From: a virus
Virus record (IMG/VR): IMGVR_UViG_3300044797_000318
Location: 64,001 to 128,000 of that record
Reading direction: 5' to 3' (one strand)
Length of the DNA: 64,000 nucleotides
In this document: one piece after another, positions 29,166-39,038 of the stretch
How the letters are laid out: every line of letters begins with the position of its first letter
Numbering within the stretch: the stretch's first letter is position 1
Program-made: the position numbers and the translations under genes
The notes under the pieces: model-generated
What the model was told of the DNA's origin: nothing
Database searches by the model: none
What the model saw: only the letters and a program-made list of their open reading frames with translations

Positions 29166-30272
29166 TTATTTATTGAATGTGACGCCTACACTCAAAGTTG
29201 TGAATAAGTCAAAAAATAATTTACATTGATAAAGTTTATGAATTTTTATTTGCTCAAAATCAAAGCTATTATGGAGCCCCATCACTTGCATCTCCGTCTC
29301 TACTTTGTATTGATTGAAAAAATTGCACAAGTGTTCTAAATAAATAAATCTATTCTTGGACTTATCCGCGAACACTTTCAGCTTGGCATGATAGCAAGCC
29401 GCTATCACGAAGACAATTTTTTCAGTAGGCACTAAGTCATCGAAGTTGAGGGACATCTGCCCGCGTTCAATTAGGGAATGAACAAACGGCTCAAACTTAC
29501 GATAGAACTCGTACCATAACTTGAACCTCAAACCAGCTTCGCTACCTACATAACCAGAAATAATTTGAGTGACTGATTCGATATCAGGTATTTTGAGCTC
29601 TTTGGATTTGACCAAAGCCTGCGAGGCCCAAGTCCAACTACGAGGTGAGGGGGAGGCATAAGCGGTATCTTCTATGGAAGCGCAAGCAAATTGTGGATCG
29701 CTACGCAAAAATCCGATGATAAGATCGTGGACATTATTAGCTTTCGCCCAGTCAACCCAGCGTTCAAAATTGAAAGACAAAATATACTTAGCGCCCCTAT
29801 CCAGTAAGGCAGAACTAAGTTGATTAGAGAAGGCTCCCTCATTGGGAAGGTTACCAGTCAGAATACAAGAGATAGCATTGATAGGAACGCCATTGATTTT
29901 CTTGAATAATAAAATCTCCAATAGAGGGGCGGTCACTTCTGGCTGCACCTTATCTACTTCATCGAAAAGAATGATGCTATCAGGTTTAGCATCACCTATT
30001 AGTTTGGGTAGAAAATGAGGAGACTTGAAATTGATAACATCCCCAGGAGAACTCATATCTGGATAGCCAGCCAAGTCGGGGCGTTCGATGACACTTAGAT
30101 TTATATAATTGATTTTGAGCCTGCACTCTTTAGCGGCCTGAATTGCAATCTCTGTTTTACCCACACCTCTTTGCCCAAAAAGAAAACAGTTGTGCCCAGA
30201 ACGAATGAAAAACTTAGTTAGATTGAGGGCTTGTTCTTGGTCGATCTCAGTTAAATTGAGGGCGTTGGGCAT
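29166..30272 (-). CDS. MoxR-like AAA+ ATPase
   Basis: GQRGVGKT, LFDEVDK, TGN, ALLDR, PSPRSW. Confidence 0.85.
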   Translation of the reverse strand: MPNALNLTEIDQEQALNLTKFFIRSGHNCFLFGQRGVGKTEIAIQAAKECRLKINYINLSVIERPDLAGYPDMSSPGDVINFKSPHFLPKLIGDAKPDSIILFDEVDKVQPEVTAPLLEILLFKKINGVPINAISCILTGNLPNEGAFSNQLSSALLDRGAKYILSFNFERWVDWAKANNVHDLIIGFLRSDPQFACASIEDTAYASPSPRSWTWASQALVKSKELKIPDIESVTQIISGYVGSEAGLRFKLWYEFYRKFEPFVHSLIERGQMSLNFDDLVPTEKIVFVIAACYHAKLKVFADKSKNRFIYLEHLCNFFNQYKVETEMQVMGLHNSFDFEQIKIHKLYQCKLFFDLFTTLSVGVTFNK

Positions 30273-30315
30273 ATTTCCTTTGATATATCAAAAGGATATA
30301 TATCCCAACTAACCA

Positions 30316-30543
30316 TTAGTTGAATAACGGTTTTTGCTCTTTTATCTCATTGACATATTCAGGAATATAAAAAACTGTCTCAAAAATCTGAATGGCAAAC
30401 TGCGCTTCTTCGTTTCCGTCCAGTAGGGCTTGCTTTTTACATTCGCCCACTTCGTGATTGGCAGCCTCGGGAGAAATAGCTAATGATATGAGATGCCATT
30501 TGTTTTTTGGTCTGCTCTTGGTATAAATTCCATGAATCGTCAT
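30316..30543 (-). CDS. hypothetical protein
   Basis: ORF with AGGA RBS. Confidence 0.55.
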   Translation of the reverse strand: MTIHGIYTKSRPKNKWHLISLAISPEAANHEVGECKKQALLDGNEEAQFAIQIFETVFYIPEYVNEIKEQKPLFN

Positions 30544-30555
30544 ATAGTTCCTTTG

Positions 30556-30906
30556 TCAGACCGCGAAAGATTTACCGCAGCCACAGGATGATTTTTCATT
30601 GGGATTGAGAAACTTGAAACCTCTTTTCAGGAGAGTTTGCTCCCAATCTAATGTGCACCCACTGAGATACAATAAACTTTTGGGGTCTACAACAACATTG
30701 ATGTCGTGGTATGAAAAGACTTTATCTGTCTCTTTGGGAGGCGCATCCTCAAACTGAATAACATAAGTAAAGCCTGAACATCCCCCACCTTTGAGACCCA
30801 ATCTCAGATAAGCATAAGGAGTACCACGTTTTTCCAATTGTAGCTTAGCCTGCCCGGCCGCTTTGGGAGACACAAACACTTGTAATGTCTTTTCAGTTTC
30901 CATCAT
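30556..30906 (-). CDS. iscA: A-type Fe-S carrier (IscA/HesB)
   Basis: GGGCSGF; FKFLNPN..SCGCGKSF. Confidence 0.92.
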   Translation of the reverse strand: MMETEKTLQVFVSPKAAGQAKLQLEKRGTPYAYLRLGLKGGGCSGFTYVIQFEDAPPKETDKVFSYHDINVVVDPKSLLYLSGCTLDWEQTLLKRGFKFLNPNEKSSCGCGKSFAV

Positions 30907-31475
30907 CAGTATGCGTCTTTATTGGTATTCTCTCGTAGCATATTGATGAATAGCTGCCCTTGTTCTATAGCATCATCAAGAGCAATATGTGTATGCGGTG
31001 TGGCAGGGAACCAACGCTTAGGCATATTCTTTTTAGTAGATTGTCGATACTCCGTTCCCATCATAGCCATGGCATAAGTTTTGATATCAAGAGCAGAAAA
31101 AGAAAATGGACTATCATATCCGAAGTGAATAATATAATTATATACAAACATAAAATCGAAAGTAGCAGGATACCCCACAAATACCGGTTTGCCCTCTATT
31201 TTATTCACCCATGAAACAAACTGACCAATTGCTTGTCCAGCTTCTACTATATTTTGGCGAGTGGCTTCGTAAGCTGCTTTATTTTTATCCCACCATTCCA
31301 TCGTATCTTTATTAGGTTTAGTTCCCACCACCTCTTCCAGATTGATAGAAAAAGTATCAATCAATTCACCATTAGATGAAAAAGCCGCAGCGCCTAAACT
31401 AAGCATAGAGTTATCGCGTGGAATTGGCCCATTTACTTCAACATCTACGCTACAATACCATTCATTATTTTTCAT
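30906..31475 (-). CDS. DEDDh 3'-5' exonuclease
   Basis: SVDVE, FDFMF, LDIKT, HIALDDA. Confidence 0.85.
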   Translation of the reverse strand: MKNNEWYCSVDVEVNGPIPRDNSMLSLGAAAFSSNGELIDTFSINLEEVVGTKPNKDTMEWWDKNKAAYEATRQNIVEAGQAIGQFVSWVNKIEGKPVFVGYPATFDFMFVYNYIIHFGYDSPFSFSALDIKTYAMAMMGTEYRQSTKKNMPKRWFPATPHTHIALDDAIEQGQLFINMLRENTNKDAY

Positions 31476-32133
31476 TTGATCTATCACTATCTAATAAGTT
31501 TTGTTTTGCTGATAATGGTCGTAAATTAGATAACGACCAACATTTTTGGAAACTCTCTTCTGCCATCGAAGAATAAAGCAATTCAGATTGTGGAATGATG
31601 TGATCTATATTCCATGTCCAAGTAGTAGGATCATTATCTATCCAAGTTTTTCGATTATATTTTCCATGATTGGTCCAATTCATCCAAGGCTCAAACTGAG
31701 CTTGTAAATGAATTCGTAGTTCTTCCATAGTATATGGAAGAAACTTCAATATTGAACCATTTTTGGTAGCACCAGCTCTTTTTACTGCTTTGGCAACTGA
31801 TTGTGATATTGAGCCACGCAACTTACGTTCTGGCTTAGTATTTCTCTTTGTTTTGGCCCACGCATTTTGTTGCGCCCTTATTACATCTTTGTTGTCTTCC
31901 CTGTATTGAAGATAATAATCTTTATTATTTTCGCGCCACTTTTTAGTGTATGAATTACATTTTTCTTTATTATTTTTGCGCCACTTCTTACGATATTCGC
32001 CTAACTCCTCTTTGTGTTCTGCTTCATACTTGGCATTTTTTTCGGCATACTCTTTTTTATTCTCTTGGTAATGTTTTTTGCTATACTGCTTATGATATTC
32101 TTTTCTTTCTTCCGGACTTTTATACGGCATCAT
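31465..32133 (-). CDS. HNH-type homing endonuclease
   Basis: WNIDHIIP...NLRPLSAKQN; paralog of 5610..6248. Confidence 0.75.
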   Translation of the reverse strand: MMPYKSPEERKEYHKQYSKKHYQENKKEYAEKNAKYEAEHKEELGEYRKKWRKNNKEKCNSYTKKWRENNKDYYLQYREDNKDVIRAQQNAWAKTKRNTKPERKLRGSISQSVAKAVKRAGATKNGSILKFLPYTMEELRIHLQAQFEPWMNWTNHGKYNRKTWIDNDPTTWTWNIDHIIPQSELLYSSMAEESFQKCWSLSNLRPLSAKQNLLDSDRSNEK

Positions 32134-32201
32134 GACCTCCGCAATAAATATATCAAGAGACTAAAAAGATCAATAGAAAATCAAAGCCCAAATTTCGCTT
32201 A

Positions 32202-32363
32202 TCATAGCCAACTTTTCTTATTAGCTCTAATTTTTTTAGCCAATTTACGATCGGCCTCTCGCCTTCTTCTATTACGTGGATCAATTATATCATACCAATT
32301 ATGAATAATGAGCGGTATTATTATCGCTAAACATATACTTATAAAGATAGGTATGTTCATCAT
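32202..32363 (-). CDS. small membrane peptide
   Basis: Manual translation MMNIPIFISICLAIIIPLIIHNW...; basic tail. Confidence 0.45.
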   Translation of the reverse strand: MMNIPIFISICLAIIIPLIIHNWYDIIDPRNRRRREADRKLAKKIRANKKSWL

Positions 32364-33475
32364 TTATTTGCTCCTAAGGATTGTTCTACCAATCGAATAC
32401 ATAATTCATCTAACTTTTCTTTATCGGGTATCTTGGGTAAAGCCGTACTGGTTAGATACAATTCATTGATTTCTTTTTCTTCACGCTCAGCAAACTCAAT
32501 CAACTGTTCATAAGACCAAGCCCCATTACGAATGGTTAATAGCTCTTCTCGATCAGGTCGTTTGACCAAAACCTTACCTGTCGTAAGAATTTCTCGGCAC
32601 ATACGGATTAGCCTTACTAAGTGATAGGCGTGTTTAGTATCGTATCCGTATTTTTCTTCCAAAGCAGAACGAGCTTTATTACGATTGCTCTTCCATTCTT
32701 GATATTGATCCCACTCTCTCTTAGCGCCCGCATACTGTCGCTCTAACTTCATTACTTCAATAAAATTATCACTCAATCCAATTTTACGGGAGGCGGCTTG
32801 CCAGTGTTGGTCGGCCGTAATTTTCAATTCAGACAACATGTCTGACATAATACCGCGCATAGCAATCTTCTGAGACTCTTCCAACCCTTCCATGAAATCC
32901 AGCTGAAACCTATCTAACTCCTTCTGCACCTCAGCATTAGCGGCCATCAACTGATCAGCGGGGATCACGGTCTGTTCCGGTAATCCCAAAGAAGCTCTGG
33001 TAGGTGGAGCGGACGGTGGATTGAGCAACCATTTTTTATGAGATTTTATTCTGTGTAATTGCGAAACGCTATATCCCATAAAAGTGAACTTGATTTTCTT
33101 GGATAGAAAGTCGTCTTTATGAGCTAAAATCTCTTCTCCAATCGGAGATACCACAAAATGATCGGAGGGATCCGTGTGCAGCACTTCAATAATATTAGGG
33201 TTGCAATCGGCTGCTAAATTGAAGAACTTGCGGATGTCATAGATAACTGCATCGGGATTGGGGGCTTTTAGCTCGGCTTGTTTGAAGACATGCAGTCCAC
33301 CCAAAAAATATCTCCTGGTAGGGATAGCAATCCCCTTGAAGTCTTCATCGGAGGTAGGCGTGTTAGTTCCATAAGCATGAGAACCATGTCGTACTAACAG
33401 GACAGTATTATCCTGTATCCATTCGAGGTGGGGGCTGTTCTTAGCTATAATATCTAATACTGGATGCTTACTCAT
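32360..33475 (-). CDS. Pol-beta superfamily nucleotidyltransferase (RlaP/YcgL-like)
   Basis: HGSHAYGTNTPTSDEDFKG, NPNIIE, YDTKHAYHLVRL. Confidence 0.85.
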   Translation of the reverse strand: MSKHPVLDIIAKNSPHLEWIQDNTVLLVRHGSHAYGTNTPTSDEDFKGIAIPTRRYFLGGLHVFKQAELKAPNPDAVIYDIRKFFNLAADCNPNIIEVLHTDPSDHFVVSPIGEEILAHKDDFLSKKIKFTFMGYSVSQLHRIKSHKKWLLNPPSAPPTRASLGLPEQTVIPADQLMAANAEVQKELDRFQLDFMEGLEESQKIAMRGIMSDMLSELKITADQHWQAASRKIGLSDNFIEVMKLERQYAGAKREWDQYQEWKSNRNKARSALEEKYGYDTKHAYHLVRLIRMCREILTTGKVLVKRPDREELLTIRNGAWSYEQLIEFAEREEKEINELYLTSTALPKIPDKEKLDELCIRLVEQSLGANK

Positions 33476-33483
33476 AACTTACC

Positions 33484-33705
33484 TTATAACCACACTAATA
33501 AATGTCCGAATTCTTTGACGATCAATTTCATATCTCGCAAATTGACAGTGATAGGAAACATCCCTTCACTTATGCCTACCCACTGATTGCCAGTACTATC
33601 ACAACGACGATAAATCTGGCCATCATCACCTAAGCCCCAATACCAGTTGGTGCGAAATTCTCTGATACAGTAGTCTTCATCGTAAAATTCTTTGACGATC
33701 TTCAT
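33484..33705 (-). CDS. hypothetical protein
   Basis: ORF with hydrophobic C-terminal tail. Confidence 0.55.
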   Translation of the reverse strand: MKIVKEFYDEDYCIREFRTNWYWGLGDDGQIYRRCDSTGNQWVGISEGMFPITVNLRDMKLIVKEFGHLLVWL

Positions 33706-33740
33706 TATTTTCTGATATATAATTGGGGGAGGATACTTGC

Positions 33741-34217
33741 ATGACTAATGACAAAGAAAAACTTTACGCTTATTTAGCCGGGTTTATTGACGCGGATGGA
33801 TCAATAACTATTGTTAATGCTAAATATAAAGATAAAAAAGGCATTACCAGAATACAGTATAGAATAAAATTGAGTGCCCATAATTGTAAAATACAACCTA
33901 TTCAAGTTTTACAAAAAGAATTTGGTGGCGGTAAACTTCGTAATACAAGAAGGGGTAAAATAAAATTGCACCCAAATTGGAGGAGTTGTTATGAGTGGAT
34001 AATAACTAATCATATGGCGGCCAATGCTATCAAATCAATGTTGCCATACCTTATTGTAAAGAAAGAACAAGCTTTGTTGTGCCTTGAAATGGACAGACTC
34101 AAAACAGAAACTAATGCTGCAATTAGAAGGTGGAACCCAGAATTAGGAAAAAAGATTACGAATCAATTTATCGAACTAAAAACCAAGATAAATGTATTGA
34201 ATAAACGAGGTCAGTAA
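33741..34217 (+). CDS. single-motif LAGLIDADG homing endonuclease
   Basis: YLAGFIDADGS; PYLIVKKEQA. Confidence 0.88.
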   Translation: MTNDKEKLYAYLAGFIDADGSITIVNAKYKDKKGITRIQYRIKLSAHNCKIQPIQVLQKEFGGGKLRNTRRGKIKLHPNWRSCYEWIITNHMAANAIKSMLPYLIVKKEQALLCLEMDRLKTETNAAIRRWNPELGKKITNQFIELKTKINVLNKRGQ

Positions 34218-34534
34218 GATACGGACTTACCACAGCCACAACTTCCTGTGATTTTCGGGTCTTTGATCTTGAAGCCGCCACCAAAATCAGTATCTACATA
34301 ATCAATAACTGATTCATCTATATACTGAAAAGAAAACTCATCAACTATTACTTTGACACCATCTAACTCAAAAACCTGATCCATCTCACTAATTTGATCA
34401 TCGAAAAAAAGATCGTGAGTGAAACCGCTACATCCACCGGCTAAAATCTTGACCCTGACAATGTAATGACCAACACCATCTCCGTTGGAGATTTGTTCAA
34501 TCATTTTGGCGGCTTTTTCGGTAAGATGGATCAT
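34211..34534 (-). CDS. A-type Fe-S carrier (IscA/ErpA family)
   Basis: AGGCSGF; SCGCGKS. Confidence 0.9.
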   Translation of the reverse strand: MIHLTEKAAKMIEQISNGDGVGHYIVRVKILAGGCSGFTHDLFFDDQISEMDQVFELDGVKVIVDEFSFQYIDESVIDYVDTDFGGGFKIKDPKITGSCGCGKSVSY

Positions 34535-34562
34535 GTTCCCTTAGATAATCTATATCAGGATA

Positions 34563-35585
34563 TTACTCTAACTCATCCTCGTAAGGATAATCTTCATTTT
34601 GACAGTTGCAGAACGCACCGGAGTAAATTATCTCTCCACAATAACTGCATTCATGTCTATCTTCGTCTTGACACTCGCCAAGACAGTCGAGTTCATCACA
34701 ATACTCACAGCTAGCTTCTTCATCTTGGCACTCTTCACAAAGACGATCGTCACCATAAACTTCCGCACCACAATTCTCACACTCCTCTACTTCATCCTCG
34801 TCATTCAGATCGGAGTCGAATTGAGCTTGATTGATCACACGTAAAGCAACAGTGGGTTCGTAAGGCTGAGTTACCACGCCCAGAACTGTGTATCGACATA
34901 CTCTCATCTTGGAATTATTATAGTCGGTGGGAATAGCCACCACATCGGCCGGATTGACTTCTACCTCCAACATTACATCGGTGTTAGGATTGGAGCTAAC
35001 AAAGTGTGTGTGAGCATAGTCCCAGTTAGCTACATGCAGACCCTTACTACAAGTGCGGTTGGAATCTTCATCTACTTCATTGCGATTGATGGACACAACA
35101 TTTCCTACCGAGTTGTCAAAGGTATTAGAATGGATATCCTTGAAATTGTCTCGAACTCGTTTGTAAGCGATGAAATTGCCGCTCTCTGTGATAGGGTGAT
35201 CATTCTTCTCTAAGAATGTATATAGTTCCTGCACGGCTCGGAAAGAGGGGTTGTTGTTCAGGTTCTCAGCAAATCGAAGCAGAGGCTGAAAAGGCAAACC
35301 ATCATTGGAGAAACGAATAATCTTATCGCTCAAAACCTGGGCAGCAGGAGAACCATTGACCTGTACCCGTCCATCGACTACTGTAAAAGCGCCCTTAGAA
35401 AAGGTCTCAATACGCTTGGCAGTAGAAACCAAACTAGGAATTTCACTTAGTCTGTTTTCTTTGAGAGCCTTGATAAGACGATCCCCCAAAGCATCGCTAC
35501 GCTTGACGATATGCGTCTCATTATCATAATTGACAGTGATATTCTGATCTGTAATCAACCAACTTATTCTTTTTGACATCTTCAT
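34563..35585 (-). CDS. rIIB: rIIB-like protein with acidic Cys-rich tail
   Basis: NPSFRAVQELYTFL, FIAYKRV, TCSKGLHV, VNPADVVAIPTDYNNSKMRVCRY. Confidence 0.9.
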   Translation of the reverse strand: MKMSKRISWLITDQNITVNYDNETHIVKRSDALGDRLIKALKENRLSEIPSLVSTAKRIETFSKGAFTVVDGRVQVNGSPAAQVLSDKIIRFSNDGLPFQPLLRFAENLNNNPSFRAVQELYTFLEKNDHPITESGNFIAYKRVRDNFKDIHSNTFDNSVGNVVSINRNEVDEDSNRTCSKGLHVANWDYAHTHFVSSNPNTDVMLEVEVNPADVVAIPTDYNNSKMRVCRYTVLGVVTQPYEPTVALRVINQAQFDSDLNDEDEVEECENCGAEVYGDDRLCEECQDEEASCEYCDELDCLGECQDEDRHECSYCGEIIYSGAFCNCQNEDYPYEDELE

Positions 35586-35592
35586 TCTCCTA

Positions 35593-37680
35593 TTAGATTT
35601 TATCTACCATATTGACATAATGAGCTACATGCTCTATAACTTGCGAGAGATTATACGTATTGATAGCTCCCAGCAACGGATATTTTTTAGTATACTCGGT
35701 ATTTATTTTTTCGACATCCCAGTCGGGATTGTTCTGCACAAAAGTTTTTAGATCTGCCTCGGTAATTTCGCCCTTGATCAATTCATAAACATCTAATAAT
35801 CCTTTGTCTTTGTCACTAAACTCTCTGATTTTTAGATGAAGTTTTAGGCGAGTTAGAAACAGGCTCGTGTTATTTGTGATAAGTAAGTTGAACGCATCCA
35901 AATGATTGATCATTCGTTCATCTAACCCATAATGATGTTCGTGTGAGAATTTTATCTCGACAAAATTTATTGCTTTGTTATTCAGAACATTCTCGTCTAT
36001 AAACTCATCTAAGCTCTTGAAATCAGAGAACTCCTCTTCCACCCTATCTTTATCTGTATTCTTATCCACACCATAAAGAGAAATTTTCGGATGTCGAGCT
36101 AAAAGAGAAGTGATCGCATAGTTTGTCAACGATTTATTGCCAGCCAGAATAGGCAAACGAGGAGTGGGATAATTGTCCCGATTTAGCAGACAGATCACTT
36201 TTTCGTTAGCGTCTCCTTCCATAAAATCATAACTGACCTGACGGAAGGCACTAGTCACACCATCAAACTTGAAAACTAAAAGGCGAGAGGCGGCCGGAGT
36301 ATAAGCTCGGGCGGATGCCTTGGTAATAGCGGATAGCTTCTTGGGCAGCATTAGATCAAGATGGTGTTTTTTATTGAGATCATCTTCCGATTGCTTATCG
36401 GAAGGACACACCACCTGGATGTGATTGAGGGCGGGATCATCTTCGAAAGCTTTTTTGACATGGCGTGGGGTTGGTTCTTTGATGGGCAAATCATTGAAAT
36501 ACAATTGAGATTTCTCGTGAAAGTCCAAATTACGACCAATAGAACGAGTTAGTTTCTTGTCATCGCGGTCAGTTTTACGAGAATATTTGCCGCGCTCAAA
36601 ACTATAAACCTTACAATCTAGTTCTACATAACCATTATTGAGAATATTACCCTTCCAACTCAATGGCCCCATAAAGCTCAGGCCATTGAAAACTTGATTG
36701 AGTTCTTTACGATAATAGACATTAGCCATCCATAGATCGGGAAAAGAATCAATTTTAGTTTCCACCGAAGTTTTGAGCTCATTGGTAATCTGAAAGAGGC
36801 GAAGCTTGATTTTATCTTGGGTTGGTTTATCCAAAAAAATCTGCTCACGATTGGCGGATAAGCTGAGTTCTCCCACCCCATAATACATAACAAAAATGCC
36901 ACGAGCCGCATCAATTATTTTAGGGTCGGCATATTTTCTGAGGGCATCCAATTCTAACGGATACTCAATACCATCAATAACAATCTTGGCTGTTTTATTC
37001 CAGCTATCTTCATTAGAGACAATAGCCCATCTATCACCTTCAATAATCTTATTGAGAGTTTGCCACTGAATAGTACTACCCGTAATAATGGGCTTAGTAG
37101 TCCAGTGACGACAAGCTTGCTCTGTCCATTGGCGGAAAAAATTGAAGTCAATGGGCTTGACTGGAATGGCAATTTCCGTGCTGTTAGGCTCTTCCACGGA
37201 TCGTTTGTTTAGAACAACCAATTTACCAACTTTGGTATCATCAATGGAACAAGCATAACTATACTTGATACCATCAACAACCGTCGTCACCATAAAAGTA
37301 TCACTGTAAGAGAATGGGGTCTTGGCACCCAAACCAAAACCACCTGTTTGTATATTATCATTGCGCTTGGTAGAAGCCGTATACTTGATGAAGATATTGA
37401 GCATACGGTCGGGACTAATACCGGGACCAAAATCTTTGACTCGATATTCAGGTTCCAAACCTACCGGCAAATGAATATGGATGGGTAGCTCTGGCGTACC
37501 AACTTCTCGATGAGCATCACGAGCATTGCTGGTAATCTCACGACAAATAGCTAGGATAGGATTTGAGTACATCTTGCTACGCAAGATATCAAAGATCATT
37601 CCTTGATCTTGAATAGAAAAGAAATGTTCTTCCAAATCTCCTGACGACTCGAAATATGGCTTGGCCTCATTTAGTTTCAT
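35593..37680 (-). CDS. rIIA: rIIA-like GHKL ATPase
   Basis: MYSNPILAICREITSNARDAH, DFGPG, STK, GGFGLGAKTPFSYSD; upstream of rIIB. Confidence 0.9.
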   Translation of the reverse strand: MKLNEAKPYFESSGDLEEHFFSIQDQGMIFDILRSKMYSNPILAICREITSNARDAHREVGTPELPIHIHLPVGLEPEYRVKDFGPGISPDRMLNIFIKYTASTKRNDNIQTGGFGLGAKTPFSYSDTFMVTTVVDGIKYSYACSIDDTKVGKLVVLNKRSVEEPNSTEIAIPVKPIDFNFFRQWTEQACRHWTTKPIITGSTIQWQTLNKIIEGDRWAIVSNEDSWNKTAKIVIDGIEYPLELDALRKYADPKIIDAARGIFVMYYGVGELSLSANREQIFLDKPTQDKIKLRLFQITNELKTSVETKIDSFPDLWMANVYYRKELNQVFNGLSFMGPLSWKGNILNNGYVELDCKVYSFERGKYSRKTDRDDKKLTRSIGRNLDFHEKSQLYFNDLPIKEPTPRHVKKAFEDDPALNHIQVVCPSDKQSEDDLNKKHHLDLMLPKKLSAITKASARAYTPAASRLLVFKFDGVTSAFRQVSYDFMEGDANEKVICLLNRDNYPTPRLPILAGNKSLTNYAITSLLARHPKISLYGVDKNTDKDRVEEEFSDFKSLDEFIDENVLNNKAINFVEIKFSHEHHYGLDERMINHLDAFNLLITNNTSLFLTRLKLHLKIREFSDKDKGLLDVYELIKGEITEADLKTFVQNNPDWDVEKINTEYTKKYPLLGAINTYNLSQVIEHVAHYVNMVDKI

Positions 37681-37714
37681 TGCTTATTGTCCTCGTTGAG
37701 TGGGCGTAGCTCGA

Positions 37715-37800
37715 CCACCCTCCGCAATATATTCCTGCAAATTACGGCGTCAAGGGGCGGCAATTTTTTAGATTGACATTTCCTAAAAAACGGTTATATT
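37715..37800. promoter_or_regulatory. divergent promoter region
   Basis: Minus AAAAAATTGCCGCCCCTTGACG toward rIIA; plus TTGACA..TATATT toward the GIY-YIG gene. Confidence 0.55.
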
Positions 37801-37871
37801 ACAGCTAAAGTTCAATCTAAACGACTGATTTTACTACCTAATTTGGCATATTGAAAATAACTGAGGATGTA

Positions 37872-38645
37872 ATGAGCGCAACCAAAGACGAACCTACCTT
37901 CATGTATTGCATCGAAAATATACTTAGTGGAAAATTATATATCGGATATTCAACAAGCCCCGATACTCGATGGAGAGACCATCTGCGAACAGCTGTTGGT
38001 GGTAAAGAAAAATATCCTTCATACTCCTATATACATAAAGCTATCACCAAACACGGAAAAGAAAATTTCATCTTTACTGTATTTGCTTGTTATCATAATG
38101 TGCAAGAAGCAAAAGAAGCTGAAAAATACTGGATAGCAGAATTGAAAAAACAATCTGTGCCACTATATAATTTGACTAACGGTGGTGATGGTGCGGTAGG
38201 ATATATACCAACAGAAATTACACGAAAAAGAATGAGTGTAGCACATACTGGCATAATGCATACAGAAGTAAGTAAAAAGAAAATGAGCAAAACAAGAAGA
38301 ACAAAAAATTATAGTGGCGAACGTTCCTCTTTTTTCGGGAAACATCATACAGATGAAGCAAAGAAAAAAGTAAGTGAAGCAAATAAAGGAAACACAGCTT
38401 TTCTTGGCAAACAACATACTCAAAATACTATTGAGCTTATGAAATCCAATAGTAGGGGTGAGGGCAACAATGCTGCGATAATCAATGAAGCCACAGTTAT
38501 GGAAATACGCAATAAATATGCTACCGGCAACTATTCATACAAAAAGTTGGCGATTGAATATGGGTTGAAAAAACATCATGTTGGCGATATTATCAGGGGC
38601 ACCATTTGGACACATTTACCAATCTATTATCAAAAGAATAGATAA
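37872..38645 (+). CDS. GIY-YIG homing endonuclease with NUMOD3 repeats
   Basis: FMYCIEN..LYIGYS; YNLTNGGDG; GKHHTDEAKKK; shares GGKEKYP with 554..1192. Confidence 0.87.
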   Translation: MSATKDEPTFMYCIENILSGKLYIGYSTSPDTRWRDHLRTAVGGKEKYPSYSYIHKAITKHGKENFIFTVFACYHNVQEAKEAEKYWIAELKKQSVPLYNLTNGGDGAVGYIPTEITRKRMSVAHTGIMHTEVSKKKMSKTRRTKNYSGERSSFFGKHHTDEAKKKVSEANKGNTAFLGKQHTQNTIELMKSNSRGEGNNAAIINEATVMEIRNKYATGNYSYKKLAIEYGLKKHHVGDIIRGTIWTHLPIYYQKNR

Positions 38646-38738
38646 TCAATGCTTGGACAAATTATAATAAAGTCCAATGGTAAGAATAATATCTAACACG
38701 ATCCATCCAATTATAGTCATCTGTATAATGTGTAAAAT

Positions 38739-39038
38739 TTAGCTGAAAACAATTAGAAGCCGTAATCTATCTCTGGTGATATTGAAAGGTGGATCGAAAG
38801 TTAGTTTCCTAAAAGTCGAGTCAATCCATCTCACTTCCGAAGGCCCCTCACTCGACCACCACACTTCACCTCCGTCAAAATAGCGTCTCAAAAAATAACG
38901 ATTTCCATCGTCTAGAAAAGCTATTTGACATGTATCATAGTTGTCGCAACCAACTGCACCAAGCACCTTTTGTTTACTAAGATAACGGCCCCATCCACCT
39001 CCGCATAACGGGCAATACTGAGGCCTCTGTGTAAGCAT
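38739..39038 (-). CDS. Cys-containing small protein with RLRLLIVFS tail
   Basis: CPLC; shared C-terminal motif. Confidence 0.6.
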   Translation of the reverse strand: MLTQRPQYCPLCGGGWGRYLSKQKVLGAVGCDNYDTCQIAFLDDGNRYFLRRYFDGGEVWWSSEGPSEVRWIDSTFRKLTFDPPFNITRDRLRLLIVFS

